DNA of 64,000 bases from an uncultured Phycisphaerales bacterium (lineage in GTDB: Bacteria > Planctomycetota > Phycisphaerae > Tepidisphaerales > Tepidisphaeraceae), in the NCBI GenBank assembly GCA_963758525.1, contig CAVWVQ010000005.1:32001-96000 (forward strand), written 5' to 3'. The notes under the pieces were generated by a model. The model had not been told where the DNA came from. It made no database searches and saw only the letters and a list, made by a program, of their open reading frames with translations. Of the stretch, positions 1-11,032 are shown piece after piece (positions within the stretch are counted from its first letter, which is position 1; the number at the start of each line of letters is the position of its first letter). A program made the translations under genes and the position numbers.

Positions 1-194
1 CCGCCGGACTTGCCGTGTGGGTCGACCAGAACGCGATCCCGGTGGCCCAGGATGTTCCAATACAACTCACGCCTGGAGTGCATGCGTTGACGTTCCGAGT
101 TATTCTCGCCGATCGTGGCGAGCGCCCATTACGAGTCGAATTGCGCGCGGCAAGCGCGAGCGACACCCGCGCGGAGTTCGTCGGTGGCAGGTAA
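1..194 (+). CDS. 3' end of an upstream protein (partial), probably another PVC-type heme-binding/dehydrogenase-like protein
   Basis: Frame 3 is open from the window edge: AGLAVWVDQNAIP...GVHALTFRVIL...LRVELR...FVGGR, TAA at 192-194. Family call is from resemblance of the C-terminus only. Confidence 0.5.
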   Translation, partial: AGLAVWVDQNAIPVAQDVPIQLTPGVHALTFRVILADRGERPLRVELRAASASDTRAEFVGGR

Positions 195-216
195 TAGGGT
201 TGTTCGAGGAAACTTC

Positions 217-3200
217 ATGTCGATGAATTATTTGAAGCGGTTATCGCTTTTCCCCGCGATCCTGAGCGCTGTGATTTGCGGAGCATCTCTTGCCGAAGAC
301 GACATCCCGATCATCCCCCCAAAAATCGCGCCGGCGTCCAACGAGGGAGAGATCGCGATCGGAAAGATGAAGGTTCCCAAGGACCTCAAGACCGAGCTCT
401 TCGCGGCCGAGCCGATGGTCAGCAATCCGGTCGCCCTGTGCGTCGATGAAATCGGGCGCGTGTACGTTGTCGAAACAAATCGCATCGACCGCGGCGCGTT
501 TGACGTCCGCCAGCACATGGACTGGCTCGAAGATGATCTGGCCAACAAGACCGTCGAAGATCGCGTGGCCATGCTGCATCGCAAGCTCGGGCCGAATTTC
601 CGGCGCGAGACGCAGGGGGCCACCGACCGCGTGGTGCGGCTGGAAGACTCCGCGGGCGAGGGCAAAGCCGACAAGCAGACGATCTTTGCAGACGGCTTCA
701 ATCACGCCGACGAAGGGCTCGGTGCCAGCGTGCTGGCACGAAACGGCAACGTCTATTTCACCGACATCCCCAATCTCTGGCTTCTGCGCGACACACAGGG
801 CAACGGCGTGGCCGATGTCCGCAAATCCCTCAGCTACGGCTATGGCCTGCACTACAGCTTCTATGGCCACGACCTGCACGGCCTGCGCTTCGGCCCCGAC
901 GGGAAGCTTTATTTCAGCATCGGCGATCGCGGCGCAAACGTGACCAAATCCGTCGATGGCCGCACTGTTTCCAACCCCGATTCCGGTGCGGTGTTCCGCT
1001 GCAACGCTGACGGCAGCGGCCTCGAGGTCTACGCCACGGGCCTGCGCAATCCGCAGCAGCTTATCTTCGACCAGTACGGCAATCTCTTTACCGGCGACAA
1101 CAATCCGGACTACGGCGATCCCGCCCGATGGGTCTATGTCGTTGAAGGCGGCGATAACGGTTGGCGCGTCGGCTACCAGGAGGCGCGCCATCCCATCGGC
1201 GGCGGCCCGTGGATGTGGGAGAGCCTCTGGCAGAAGGAAGATAAGCTCACGGCCTATTCACAGCTTCCCGCCGTCGGACATCCCGGCGGCGGGCCGTCGG
1301 GCGTCGCTTATTACCCCGGCACCGGATTGCCGGACCGCTACGAGAATCATCTGTTCATGTGCGACTTCCACGGCGGATTCACCGGCAGCGGAATCCAGAC
1401 GTTTGTCGTCCATCCCAAAGGCGCCTCGTTCGAAATGGGGAAGATCGACCACTTCGTCTGGGATTGCCTCGCGACCGATCTTTGTTTCGTGCCCAGTGGC
1501 GGCGTCTACATCGCCGACTGGGTGCAGAGCTGGGGATTGACCGGCAAAGGCCGCATCTATCACGTCTTCGATCCGACGCTGCAGCAGGACCCCGTTGTTC
1601 TTGAAGTGAAGAAGCTGCTCGCGGAGGGAATGAGCAAGCGATCGCCGGACGAGTTGATCCATCTGCTGGGGCACCGCGACATGCGCGTTCGCCAGGCGGC
1701 GCAGTTCGAGCTTGCCGACCGCGGGGATGCCTCGGTTGCCGCCCTGACGGCGCTCGCACAGGCCTCGGGCGAGAAGCTGCCGCGCATCCACGCCATCTGG
1801 CGCTGGGACAGATCGCCGAGGCGGACAAATCAAACAAGCCCGCGGCGGGAATCGTGCAGGTGCTCTCTGATCCGGACGACGAGGTTCGCGCCCAGGCCGA
1901 GAAGACGCTCGGCAGTCTTCACGACGCTGACGCATACGATGCAACGCTGAAATTACTTTCCGATCCCAGCCCGCGCGTGCGCTTCTTCGCGGCCATGGCT
2001 GCGGGGCATCTCGGACGCAAGGAGGCCAGCGGCAAGCTTATCGAGATGCTCCGCGCCAATGATGACAAGGACGCTTTTCTGCGTTACGCGGGCGTCTGGG
2101 CGCTCGCCCAACTCGATGACACGGCGACGCTTGCCAACGCCGCAACGGACAGCGCGCCCGCCGTCCGAATGGCTGCGCTGCTGACTTACCGGCGGCTCGC
2201 TTCTCCGGAAGTGGCGAAGTTTCTGGACGACGCCGACCCGCGCATCGTTCTGGAAGCTGCCCGGGCCATTCACGACACCTACATCGAATCCGCCCGGCCG
2301 GCGCTGGCGGCGATGATCGCGCGCACCGGTCTGAACGAGCACGTGATCGCCCGCGTGCTCAACTCTGCCTACCGCCTCGGCACGCCCGACGCAGCCCGCG
2401 CGCTTGCCACTTTCGCGGCCAGCGATACGCAGCCCGAGGCCTGGCGCATCGAGGCGCTGCGGCTGCTGGGCGAGTGGGAAACGCCGTCGAATCTCGATCA
2501 GATCATGAATCTGTATCGCCCGCTTGAGCCGCGCGCATTGAAAGTGGCGCAGGACGCGGCGGCTCCCGCCCTCAAGGAGATCTTCAAGTCTGCCCCCGAT
2601 ACCGTTAAAGCGGCGGCCATCGCGCTCATCGACAAGCTCAAGATCCAGGATTCGTCCATCGCCGTGGAGTTGGTGAACAACCCTGCCATGTCCGCGCCGC
2701 TTCGCATCGCTGCCCTGCAGCTTCTTGCAGACCGCAAGGACCCGGCTCTTTCCGATGCAGTGCAGAGCTGCCTGAATGACAAGGACGTCAAGCTCCGCGC
2801 CGCCGCCATCCGCTGCCTCGCGCAGCTTCCCGATGGAACACAGCGCCTTGAGTCAGCGATGAAGAACGCATCGGTTCCCGAACAGCAGGCCGTCTACGAT
2901 GCCTTGGCCAAGGTTCACACCCCCGGCGCCGACAAGATGGTCGCCGCCGGGATGGACCAACTGTTGGCCGGCCAGCTGCCAAAGTCAGTCTGGCTGGAGG
3001 TGCTCGAAGCTGCCTCACATCGCGCCAGCGGTTCGGTGCACCAGAAGTACGTCCAGTACGAGGCGTCGCTGCCCCAAGACGATCATCTGGCAGCCTATCG
3101 CCAATGCCTCGAAGGCGGCGACGCCGCCGCCGGCGAAAAAATCTTCCGCGAGCGTGCTGACGTTTCCTGCGTCCGCTGCCACATCGCCCAGGGCAAAGGC

Positions 3201-3587
3201 GGCATCGTCGGGCCAGTTCTCGACGGCATCGGTCAGCGCCAGACCCGGCAGTATATTCTCGAATCGATTGTCGATCCCAACGCCAAGATCGCCCCCGGCT
3301 TCGAGAGCGCCGTGGTCAAAACCAAATCCGGCAAGACGTTGGTCGGCGTCGTCCGCAAAGACGACTCGCATGATCTTGTCCTGATCAACGCCGAGGGGAA
3401 AGAAGAGAAAATACCCAAAAGCGACATCATCTCCCGTGATCGGGGTTTGTCGGCGATGCCGCAGGATGTATCAAAGACGCTGACCAGGCGCGACCTCCGC
3501 GATCTGGTCGAATTTCTCGATGGATTGACCAGCCCCGTAAAGAGCGCGCCGCCAGGCGCCGACCCGAGCGCGGAACCATTGAAATAG
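217..3587 (+). CDS. PVC-type membrane-bound dehydrogenase-like protein (beta-propeller + HEAT repeats + C-terminal cytochrome c); one frameshift at ~1800
   Basis: GAGGA RBS before ATG 217 and a signal peptide. Motifs FAAEPMVSNP, HDLHGLRFGPDGKLYFSIGD, GLRNP, then HEAT repeats and CVRCH...GPVLDGIG...SAMP. Restoring one G at TGG/CGC (~1800) gives HAIWALGQ and joins the two ORFs. Confidence 0.85.
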
Positions 3588-3722
3588 GACATATTCCGGC
3601 GTCTTGACCTTGAAAAGTAGATCGTGTGGTTCCTCAAGGAGGCACGGCGTTTGTTGCACGCCGCGGCAGTCGCCCGTCGACTGATGGGTGCGTCATTTAT
3701 GGTTTCTTCTATGGAGCACACG

Positions 3723-4271
3723 ATGATTGCGACACAACAAAGTAATGCAAAGACAAATGACCCATCGGCAAATCCTGATCCGATCACAAAGGCTCCAGGC
3801 GCTCATCCAGTCGGAGCTGGCATCGGGGCTGCCGCCGGTGGGGCGGCTGGAGCTGCCGGCGCTGCCGCCGCCGGTGCGGCGCTGGGAAGTGTAGCCGGAC
3901 CCATTGGAATGGCCGTAGGGGCGGTTGTTGGCGGGGTCGCCGGCGGTCTGATCGGCAAAGGACTTGCGGAAGAGGTCAATCCTTCCGCCGAAACCGCTAT
4001 GCCGGCAGGGAATCGCACCTTCCCGGCGGTCTCCCGCGATTCCTGGGACCGCACCGACGAAGACCGCATTCCTGTCGCGGTTGCCGCGACTCGACGCCCG
4101 GTCACTCGGGACACGGCGCACCCGGCCAAGCGTGAAATCTCCCACGACATGATCGAAACGCGTGCGTATTACATTTTCAAGGGCGGCTCGGGAATGTCGC
4201 AGGACGACAACTGGTTCCAGGCCGAACGGGAGCTGCAGGCGTCTGAGACCGAGCAAGCGGTGGGTGAATAG
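3723..4271 (+). CDS. Glycine-zipper membrane protein with C-terminal DUF2934-like domain
   Basis: GGAG RBS before ATG 3723. NPDPITKAPGAHPVGAGIGAAAGG...GGLIGKG zipper; C-terminal IETRAYYIF...DNWFQAEREL. Confidence 0.65.
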   Translation: MIATQQSNAKTNDPSANPDPITKAPGAHPVGAGIGAAAGGAAGAAGAAAAGAALGSVAGPIGMAVGAVVGGVAGGLIGKGLAEEVNPSAETAMPAGNRTFPAVSRDSWDRTDEDRIPVAVAATRRPVTRDTAHPAKREISHDMIETRAYYIFKGGSGMSQDDNWFQAERELQASETEQAVGE

Positions 4272-4319
4272 CCCACCACGCAAATTCCGCTGCAACGCAC
4301 TTGCCCGTATAATCGGCCC

Positions 4320-6197
4320 GTGGACCGCCGGCCAATTCAGCAGCTTTCACCCTCTCTGGTCAATCGCATCGCTGCCGGCGAAGTGATCGAGCGACCGGCG
4401 GCTGTCGTCAAAGAGCTGGTCGAGAACTCCATCGACGCGGGCGCGACGCAGATTGTCGTGGAAGTCGAGGATGGGGGGCGGGCCCTGATCCGGGTGTTGG
4501 ACAACGGGTCGGGGATTCCATCTGGGGATCTGGCACTGGCGTTTGCTTCGCATGCGACCAGCAAGCTGACGTGCGATGACGATCTGTTCCGCATCGGCAC
4601 CATGGGATTCCGCGGCGAGGCACTGGCCAGCATCGGCTCGGTGTCGCATGCGCGGATTCTTTCACGCGTACCGGGCAATGACGAAGGGTGGGAAATTCAA
4701 AATCGCGGCGGGGTTGTGGATCAGCCGCAGGCGGCGGCGGCGAACGTTGGGACGACGATCGAAGTCCGGAATCTCTTTTTCAACACGCCGGCCCGGCGGA
4801 AGTTTATCAAGGGGGCGGGAACCGAGTTCGGGCACATTTCCGAGGCGGTGTTGCGGATCGCGCTGCCGCACCCGGGCATCGGTTTTCGGCTGACACACAA
4901 CGGACGGACGGCGCTGGACCTGCCGGCAAGCGATGGAGACACGCGGCTTTTGTCGGCGTGGCCGGACGAATTTCACGAGCAGCGCATGGCTCTTGCCGCC
5001 GGCGATGCGGAGATGAAGGTGCGGGGAATCATCGGTCTGCCGGAATTGGCGCGGCCGACGGCGAAGTATCAATATTTGTATCTCAACGGCCGGGCGATTC
5101 GCGATCGTTTTGTGATTCACGCGTTGCGCGAAGCGTACCGGGGGCTGACCGAGCCCGGTCGGCATCCCGCCGCCATCCTGCTGCTGGAGATGCCGCCGGG
5201 GGATGTGGACGTGAACGTGCATCCGACCAAGTCGGAAGTGCGGTTTCGCGACAGCGGCAGGGTGCATGGGTTGGTTCTGTCGGCGGTTCGCGAACGGCTG
5301 CTGGGGAGCGATCTGACGCCGCGGGCCGTGCCGATGCGAGCGGAAGATGACTCCGCGCGCCCCGAATTGCGGGAGAAGCTGGCGAGTTTTTTCAAACAAC
5401 TGCCGGCGGGCCTGGTGGCGCCGTCCAGCCAGGCAGGCGGAGTGTCGGGGCCATCCGGCCCCATTGCCGACCCGCGCACGGAAGCGCTCGCGGGCAGCGC
5501 TCGGCCCTCGATCTTTGCCGCGCCGATGGAAGCCAATGGGAGCGCGATGCCTGCTTCGGCTGCGGGAGCCGCCGCGGCGGAGAATCTCACCGTAGTTTCA
5601 CGGCAGGCGCCGGCGCCATCGATCTCAAACGCGATTCAGGTTCACAACAGCTATCTCGTCGCCCAGAGCGACGATGGGATGATCATCATCGATCAGCACG
5701 CGCTGCACGAGCGGATCATGTATGAGGAGTTGCTGGCCCGGGTGAATCGCGGGCCATTGGAATCGCAGCGGATGCTGATTCCGATGCCGATTGACGTGGC
5801 GTCAACACAGCTGGCGCTGCTGGATCAGATTCAGCCGTTGCTGCAGCGTTTGGGAATCGAAGTCTCGCCCTTCGGCCCCGGCAGCATCGCGGTCCATTCG
5901 TTTCCGACGTTCCTCGAACGGCTCGACCCCGCGAGCTTTGTCAGCGAACTGCTGGAGCGTGGCGAGCAGGAACTGCTCGATCTGCACGATGAAGAACTGC
6001 TGCACGAAGTGCTGGACATGATGGCCTGCAAAGCCGCCGTGAAGGCCGGCGATCCCCTCTCGCAAACGGAGATCGAAGCGCTGCTGCAACGTCGCGAACT
6101 GGTCGACCGCTCGAGCAACTGTCCGCACGGGCGCCCGACGTCGCTGAGGCTTTCGCTCCGCGATCTGGAAAAACAGTTCAAACGGACCGGATTCTAG
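4320..6197 (+). CDS. mutL: DNA mismatch repair endonuclease MutL
   Basis: IAAGEVIERP, ENSIDA, GFRGEAL, VDVNVHPTK, endonuclease motif DQHALHERIMYE, ACK and CPHGRP. Confidence 0.97.
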   Translation: MDRRPIQQLSPSLVNRIAAGEVIERPAAVVKELVENSIDAGATQIVVEVEDGGRALIRVLDNGSGIPSGDLALAFASHATSKLTCDDDLFRIGTMGFRGEALASIGSVSHARILSRVPGNDEGWEIQNRGGVVDQPQAAAANVGTTIEVRNLFFNTPARRKFIKGAGTEFGHISEAVLRIALPHPGIGFRLTHNGRTALDLPASDGDTRLLSAWPDEFHEQRMALAAGDAEMKVRGIIGLPELARPTAKYQYLYLNGRAIRDRFVIHALREAYRGLTEPGRHPAAILLLEMPPGDVDVNVHPTKSEVRFRDSGRVHGLVLSAVRERLLGSDLTPRAVPMRAEDDSARPELREKLASFFKQLPAGLVAPSSQAGGVSGPSGPIADPRTEALAGSARPSIFAAPMEANGSAMPASAAGAAAAENLTVVSRQAPAPSISNAIQVHNSYLVAQSDDGMIIIDQHALHERIMYEELLARVNRGPLESQRMLIPMPIDVASTQLALLDQIQPLLQRLGIEVSPFGPGSIAVHSFPTFLERLDPASFVSELLERGEQELLDLHDEELLHEVLDMMACKAAVKAGDPLSQTEIEALLQRRELVDRSSNCPHGRPTSLRLSLRDLEKQFKRTGF

Positions 6198-6207
6198 AAA
6201 CCGAAGC

Positions 6208-7146
6208 CTACCCAACCACCGCAAGCTTCTTGAGCGACCTGGGCGGCTCGAAGAAAACGTCTTCGCGGGCGACATCACGGGTTTCGACTTCGCCGTTGAA
6301 GTCCCTTTTGAGCCGATCGAGCAGGCCATCGACCAGATGCTCCGGCGCAGACGCGCCGGCGGTGACCAGCACCAGATCCACGCCATCGAACCACTCGGGA
6401 TTCAGGCCCGACTGGTCGTCGATCAGATAGGCCGCCTTACCCAGGGCTCTGGCGGTTTCGACCAGACGCTGCGAATTGGAGGAGTTGGTGCTCCCGATCA
6501 CCAGCACCAGATCCACCTCCGGCGCCAGCGCCGTGACCGCAGCCTGGCGGTTGGTGGTGGCGTAGCAGATGTCTTCCTTCGGCGGCCCCTTGATGTTGGG
6601 GAATCGCTTCTTGAGCGCCGTGATGACGCGCATTGCATCGGAGATGCTCAGCGTGGTCTGAGTGACGTAAGCCAGCTTGTTGGGATCGCGCACCTGCAGG
6701 CGTTCGACATCTTCGGGCGACTCGACGACGGTGATCGACTGGGGCGCTTCTCCGACGGTTCCCACTGCTTCATCATGATTGGCGTGGCCGACGAAGAGGA
6801 TCGAATAGCCGTCCTTGGCGAAGCGGAGAACCTCCAGATGCACCTTCGTGACCAGCGGGCAGGTCGCATCGACCTCCACCAGCCCGCGGCCGCGGGCTTC
6901 CTGGCGTACCTTGGGAGAGATGCCGTGGGCGCTGTAGATGACTAGGCCGCCCTGGGGAACCTCCGCCATGGAGTCAACGAAGGTAACGCCGCGCTCGCGG
7001 AACCCATCTACCACATGGCGGTTATGAACGATTTCATGGAAGACGAATACCGGCGGCCCTTTCATCTTCAGCACCTGATCGACCACGTCGATCGCCATGT
7101 TCACGCCGGCACAAAAACCGCGGGGATTTGCGAGTAGTATTTTCAT
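6208..7146 (-). CDS. ispH: 4-hydroxy-3-methylbut-2-enyl diphosphate reductase
   Basis: MKILLANPRGFCAGV, HEIVHN, SAHG, DATCPLVTKVH, QTT, ICYATTNRQ, SSNS, TAGASAP. Confidence 0.97.
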   Translation of the reverse strand: MKILLANPRGFCAGVNMAIDVVDQVLKMKGPPVFVFHEIVHNRHVVDGFRERGVTFVDSMAEVPQGGLVIYSAHGISPKVRQEARGRGLVEVDATCPLVTKVHLEVLRFAKDGYSILFVGHANHDEAVGTVGEAPQSITVVESPEDVERLQVRDPNKLAYVTQTTLSISDAMRVITALKKRFPNIKGPPKEDICYATTNRQAAVTALAPEVDLVLVIGSTNSSNSQRLVETARALGKAAYLIDDQSGLNPEWFDGVDLVLVTAGASAPEHLVDGLLDRLKRDFNGEVETRDVAREDVFFEPPRSLKKLAVVG

Positions 7147-7221
7147 GGTTTTGCAGCGCATGGTATCACGAGGTTCGGGGGTGCGTCCACCCGAACGTGT
7201 GGGTTGGGGCGGGGTCGTGCG

Positions 7222-7411
7222 GGGTCGGGGGTTCAGGGTGTCAGGGGTCAGGGGTCAGGGTGTCAGGGTGTCAGGGTTCAGGTGGAGCAAAAAGTGAAGG
7301 GCGAAGGGCAAAGAGTGACGTAAAAGCCCTTGCATCGAACTTCAATCTTCACCCTTTACTCTTTACTCTTGCATTTTGCTGAACCCCGAGGCCCTGATAC
7401 CCTGACCCCTC
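7222..7411. repeat. Nested short-unit inverted-repeat element between divergent ispH and DUF1015 genes
   Basis: Left: repeated (G/T)TCAGGG(G/T) units, then AAAAGTG/AAGGGCG/AAAGAGT units. Right: TTTACTC/CTTCACC units, then CCCTGATACCCTGACCCCT. Confidence 0.75.
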
Positions 7412-7428
7412 CGTTACAAAGGAGTGTC

Positions 7429-8733
7429 GTGGCACAGATTCGTCCGTTTGCGGGGATTCATTACGCCAATCTTCCCAACGGGGATATTTCTGGAGTCATC
7501 GCTCCGCCGTATGACGTGCTGGACGCCCAGGGGCGGGCGGCGCTCAAGGCGAAGCATCCGCAGAATGTGGTGAATATCGACTTGCCGCATCTGCCGCCCA
7601 AAGAGGCTGGGCCTGATGAGGTCTATGCCGCCGCCAGCGTCACGATCAACGCGTGGCTGCGATCGGGCGTGCTGAAGAAAGATGTTCGGCCGGCGCTGTA
7701 CCCCTATGCACAAAGCTACGAGCACCTCGGACGGACGTTCCATCGTCGCGGGTTTATCGCGCTGGTGAGACTGTCCCCGTTTGGCGAGGGGCATGTCATT
7801 CCGCATGAGAAAACCCACAAGGGCCCGATCGAAGACCGGCTGAAACTCATGCGGGCGACGGGCATGCAACTCTCGCCGATCTTCGGACTTTTCAGCGATG
7901 CCCGCAATGAGATCACCAGCCTCCTGTTTCGGCAGATCGGCAGGCCGCAATTAAGCGGGACGCTGGATCACGTGAAAAACGATCTGTGGAGCGTCATCGA
8001 CGCGGAGGTGGAGAACAGCGTCATCGACAAGATGGCAACCCGCCCCGTGTACATTGCCGACGGGCATCACCGCTACACAACCGCGTTGCAATATCAACAG
8101 GAGGCACGGCAGCAGGCCGGCGGCTCGCTCCCGCCGACGCATCCTGCCAATTTCTGCATGTTTGTGCTGGTGGGGATGCAGGACGACGGGCTGCTGATAT
8201 TGCCGACACACCGCCTGATCGGCGGGTTGGAACATTTCACGATTGAAGCATTTCGATCCGCGGTCGCGGAGATATTTGAAGTCGTCGAGCGCGTCGCGTC
8301 ACCCGAGCAGATTCCCGCGGCGATCGAGACACTGGCGGGCGAGCCGGCGCATACCTTCGCGTTGTACGACGGCACGACGCGCAAGCTGTACACGCTGCGC
8401 CCCAGGTTGCCCGACCCGCTCAAAACGCTGGAGCCGACTCAGAGCCAAGCATGGCGGGGGCTGGACGTGGCAATTCTGCAGCGCTACCTGCTCGACGAAG
8501 TGCTGGGGCCGCTGTTCGCCGGCGGAAAGGAACTCACCAAGGGCTACACCGCCGATCCCCAGGCCATCGTCCCGCAAGCCGATGGCAAGCAATACCAGAT
8601 CGCCCTGGTTCTGCGCCCCACCCCGCTGCATGCGCTGGAGGAACTTGGAAGACATGGGGAAGTAATGCCCCAAAAGAGCACCTACTTCTTCCCGAAGCTG
8701 GCGACGGGCATGATGATGTATCCGCTGAAATGA
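7429..8733 (+). CDS. DUF1015 family protein
   Basis: AAGGAG RBS before GTG. IRPF, APPYDV, PHEKT, YIADGHHRYTTA, LPTHRL, MPQKSTYFFPK. Confidence 0.88.
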   Translation: MAQIRPFAGIHYANLPNGDISGVIAPPYDVLDAQGRAALKAKHPQNVVNIDLPHLPPKEAGPDEVYAAASVTINAWLRSGVLKKDVRPALYPYAQSYEHLGRTFHRRGFIALVRLSPFGEGHVIPHEKTHKGPIEDRLKLMRATGMQLSPIFGLFSDARNEITSLLFRQIGRPQLSGTLDHVKNDLWSVIDAEVENSVIDKMATRPVYIADGHHRYTTALQYQQEARQQAGGSLPPTHPANFCMFVLVGMQDDGLLILPTHRLIGGLEHFTIEAFRSAVAEIFEVVERVASPEQIPAAIETLAGEPAHTFALYDGTTRKLYTLRPRLPDPLKTLEPTQSQAWRGLDVAILQRYLLDEVLGPLFAGGKELTKGYTADPQAIVPQADGKQYQIALVLRPTPLHALEELGRHGEVMPQKSTYFFPKLATGMMMYPLK

Positions 8734-8743
8734 CGGATTTTGT

Positions 8744-9922
8744 TCACCGCCGGCGCTTTGCGGCTGCCTTGGGAGGGGCCGTGGCCGATCTGCGCCAGCG
8801 GGTGGGGGTTTGGCCAGTGGCTTGCTTGAAGCGGCTGGTGAAATGGCTCTGATGGGCGAAGCCGCAATCGCTGGCAATATCGACCAGGTCCGTCTCCCCG
8901 CGCAGTAGTTCCGACTTGGCTTCGTCGATCTGGCAATCGAGCATGAACTGCTTGGGCGTCATTCCGAGCAATTCGGTGAATCGGCGGTGAAAATGAAAAG
9001 GGCTGAGGTCCGCGACCTTGGCGATGCTCGCCAGCGTCGGGCCCTTGCGATATTGCCTGGCCATGAACTTCAGCGAGGGGATCAACCGGGCGAGCTCCTC
9101 GTCGGCCTGAAAATCGGCGGGCTTCACGCTCGTCCATTCACTGCAATCCGGCTGCGGGCAGAAAAAGCTGACGGGGCCGTCTCCCAGGGCTGGATATCGC
9201 TTGTAGGTGACCACGCGGTAGGTCCAGACGTTGGAAGTCGCGTCGGGAAAATGCGCCCGGTCGGCAAGCATGCCGTGCGTGTTGAGATGAGCGCTGCGCC
9301 GTTTGGCGTGGTCGAGCATTTGCTCTTTGAGGTGCGAATCAAGAGCGCTCCATTTCTCGCCGCCAAAGCGCACGCGGAACTTCGCGTCAAAGATCATGAG
9401 TCCCGCGGATGGCTTCCCGCCGGCCTGCGCGGTTCCAAGACTCCGGGCGGTTTTGAGAGCGCTGCGGGCCGCAGCTGATTCGCATGCGCGGATGGCGGAG
9501 GCGGCCGCGTCAATCTGGGACGGCGTGAACGGGGCCTGAGATTTGGTTCGCAGCAGATGAAGGGAACCGGGATATCCGGACAAAATCGGCGCGGCCAGGG
9601 GAAGCGCAACGACATGCGCGAATCCGGCCGGGATCATGAATTGGCGGGAATACGCGCTCGCGAGAAACGATTCGCGGGGCCAGCAGTCGGCCGGCTGCGC
9701 GGGTTTCGACCGGAGGATCGATTGCCAGGACAGACGGTCCTCCGCATGAGCGCCTTGGGCATAGGACTTGAGCAGTCCGGCTGGCAAACGCGCGGGCTGT
9801 GCAACCTGCAGCCCGCCACGAGGCATGGCACTAAATACCACCCCCTGCTGAAACGGAACCAATTTCTTAATGTCTGCTAAAAGAGTCCGAGTTGAAATCC
9901 CGCCTGGAGATAAATTTGTCAC
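8744..9922 (-). CDS. AraC-family transcriptional regulator with long N-terminal sensor-like region
   Basis: C-terminal LSPFHFHRRF...GMTPKQF...IASDCGFAHQSHFTSRFKQATGQTPTRWR. Start uncertain. Confidence 0.85.
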   Translation of the reverse strand: MTNLSPGGISTRTLLADIKKLVPFQQGVVFSAMPRGGLQVAQPARLPAGLLKSYAQGAHAEDRLSWQSILRSKPAQPADCWPRESFLASAYSRQFMIPAGFAHVVALPLAAPILSGYPGSLHLLRTKSQAPFTPSQIDAAASAIRACESAAARSALKTARSLGTAQAGGKPSAGLMIFDAKFRVRFGGEKWSALDSHLKEQMLDHAKRRSAHLNTHGMLADRAHFPDATSNVWTYRVVTYKRYPALGDGPVSFFCPQPDCSEWTSVKPADFQADEELARLIPSLKFMARQYRKGPTLASIAKVADLSPFHFHRRFTELLGMTPKQFMLDCQIDEAKSELLRGETDLVDIASDCGFAHQSHFTSRFKQATGQTPTRWRRSATAPPKAAAKRRR

Positions 9923-10174
9923 TTTGGGAATCCCTGATCTTTACGTGCTTGCATACCCCTGCCCGCGTATTTATCAGAAGATATTCGCGTATTCCACCGG
10001 CATTTCACTGGGCAGCGGGTTTTTTTGAAATTTCGACCGAGGCCGGGTCAGGGTGTCGTGGCGTTGGGCGAGGCTCCGTGGCGTTTAGGCAACATCCGGT
10101 ACAACCTGCCGGCGACGAATCGCACCGCATGCACTGGTACGAGTGTTGAACCTCCCGCCAGCGGAGGCCTTGCG

Positions 10175-10261
10175 ATGCAGTTTCTCAACAATCCGAGCTT
10201 CTGGAGACCCAAATTCCGAATGGCCCTGCTGGCGCTGGCGAGCTTTATGGCGATGTGCTGA
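10175..10261 (+). CDS. Candidate 28-aa small hydrophobic protein
   Basis: GGAGG 7 nt before ATG; MQFLNNPSFWRPKFRMALLALASFMAMC. Confidence 0.35.
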   Translation: MQFLNNPSFWRPKFRMALLALASFMAMC

Positions 10262-10351
10262 ACTGATCTGGCAGGATCACGCACCTTCCCAAAATCCTTA
10301 GCGGCTGCTCCCAAGGGCGACACGCACGCTGCCGCGAGCGTACGCGCAACG

Positions 10352-10888
10352 TCATTCAGGCGACGGCGGAGCGGCTTTGGCCGCTTCCACCTCCGCCGCG
10401 GCCTCCGGACTGAGCCCAAAGATGTGAAATTGGTGGGACAACGGCGAGAAGCCATGCTCCAGGCAGATTTCGTCGCGCAGCCGGCGAAGCTTCTCACTGC
10501 TGAATTCAATCACTTTTCCGGTGCTGACGCAGATCAGATGGTCGGACGTCTGCCGGCCCGCGATCACCTCGAAATACGACTGCTTGTTGTCGAAAAAGAT
10601 CTGTCGCAGCACGCCGGCGTCCTGCAGATGGCTCAGTGTGCGGTAGATCGTGGCCCGACTGACGCGATGGCCCAACTCCTTCAGGTCCGAAATCAGGATC
10701 TCCGCCTCGAACAACCCCTTATGGCGAAGAACCGCGTCCAGAATCATCGCCCGCTCGGGGGTGAACTTCAGCTTCTCGCCATGCAGGTAACGACGAAAAA
10801 TCGCGCAGACCGGCTCGTAGGGCAGGATCTGCCTAGGCTTCCCGCTGACGCGGGGAAGATTGTGCAATACCGGGGAAACCGTTGCCAT
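10352..10888 (-). CDS. Fur-family transcriptional repressor
   Basis: KFTPERAMIL, VSRATIYRTL, DHLICVSTGKVIEF...HQFHIFG. Confidence 0.88.
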   Translation of the reverse strand: MATVSPVLHNLPRVSGKPRQILPYEPVCAIFRRYLHGEKLKFTPERAMILDAVLRHKGLFEAEILISDLKELGHRVSRATIYRTLSHLQDAGVLRQIFFDNKQSYFEVIAGRQTSDHLICVSTGKVIEFSSEKLRRLRDEICLEHGFSPLSHQFHIFGLSPEAAAEVEAAKAAPPSPE

Positions 10889-11032
10889 CCATTGAGAAGT
10901 GTAGACCCGAGCCAGCCCAGCGGCAATTGATAAGCCTCGCGAATGCGAAGCAGTTCATCTGATCTCCACACATGATACGATCGGGCGCCGCTCGCGGCTT
11001 CGCAGCGGTGATTCTCAGCTCGACGATTTTTC

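Noticed and set aside
3638..3660. Possible sigma-54 promoter (GGCACGGCGTTTGT) upstream of the glycine-zipper gene
   Set aside because: The -12 dinucleotide is GT, not GC; too weak to call.
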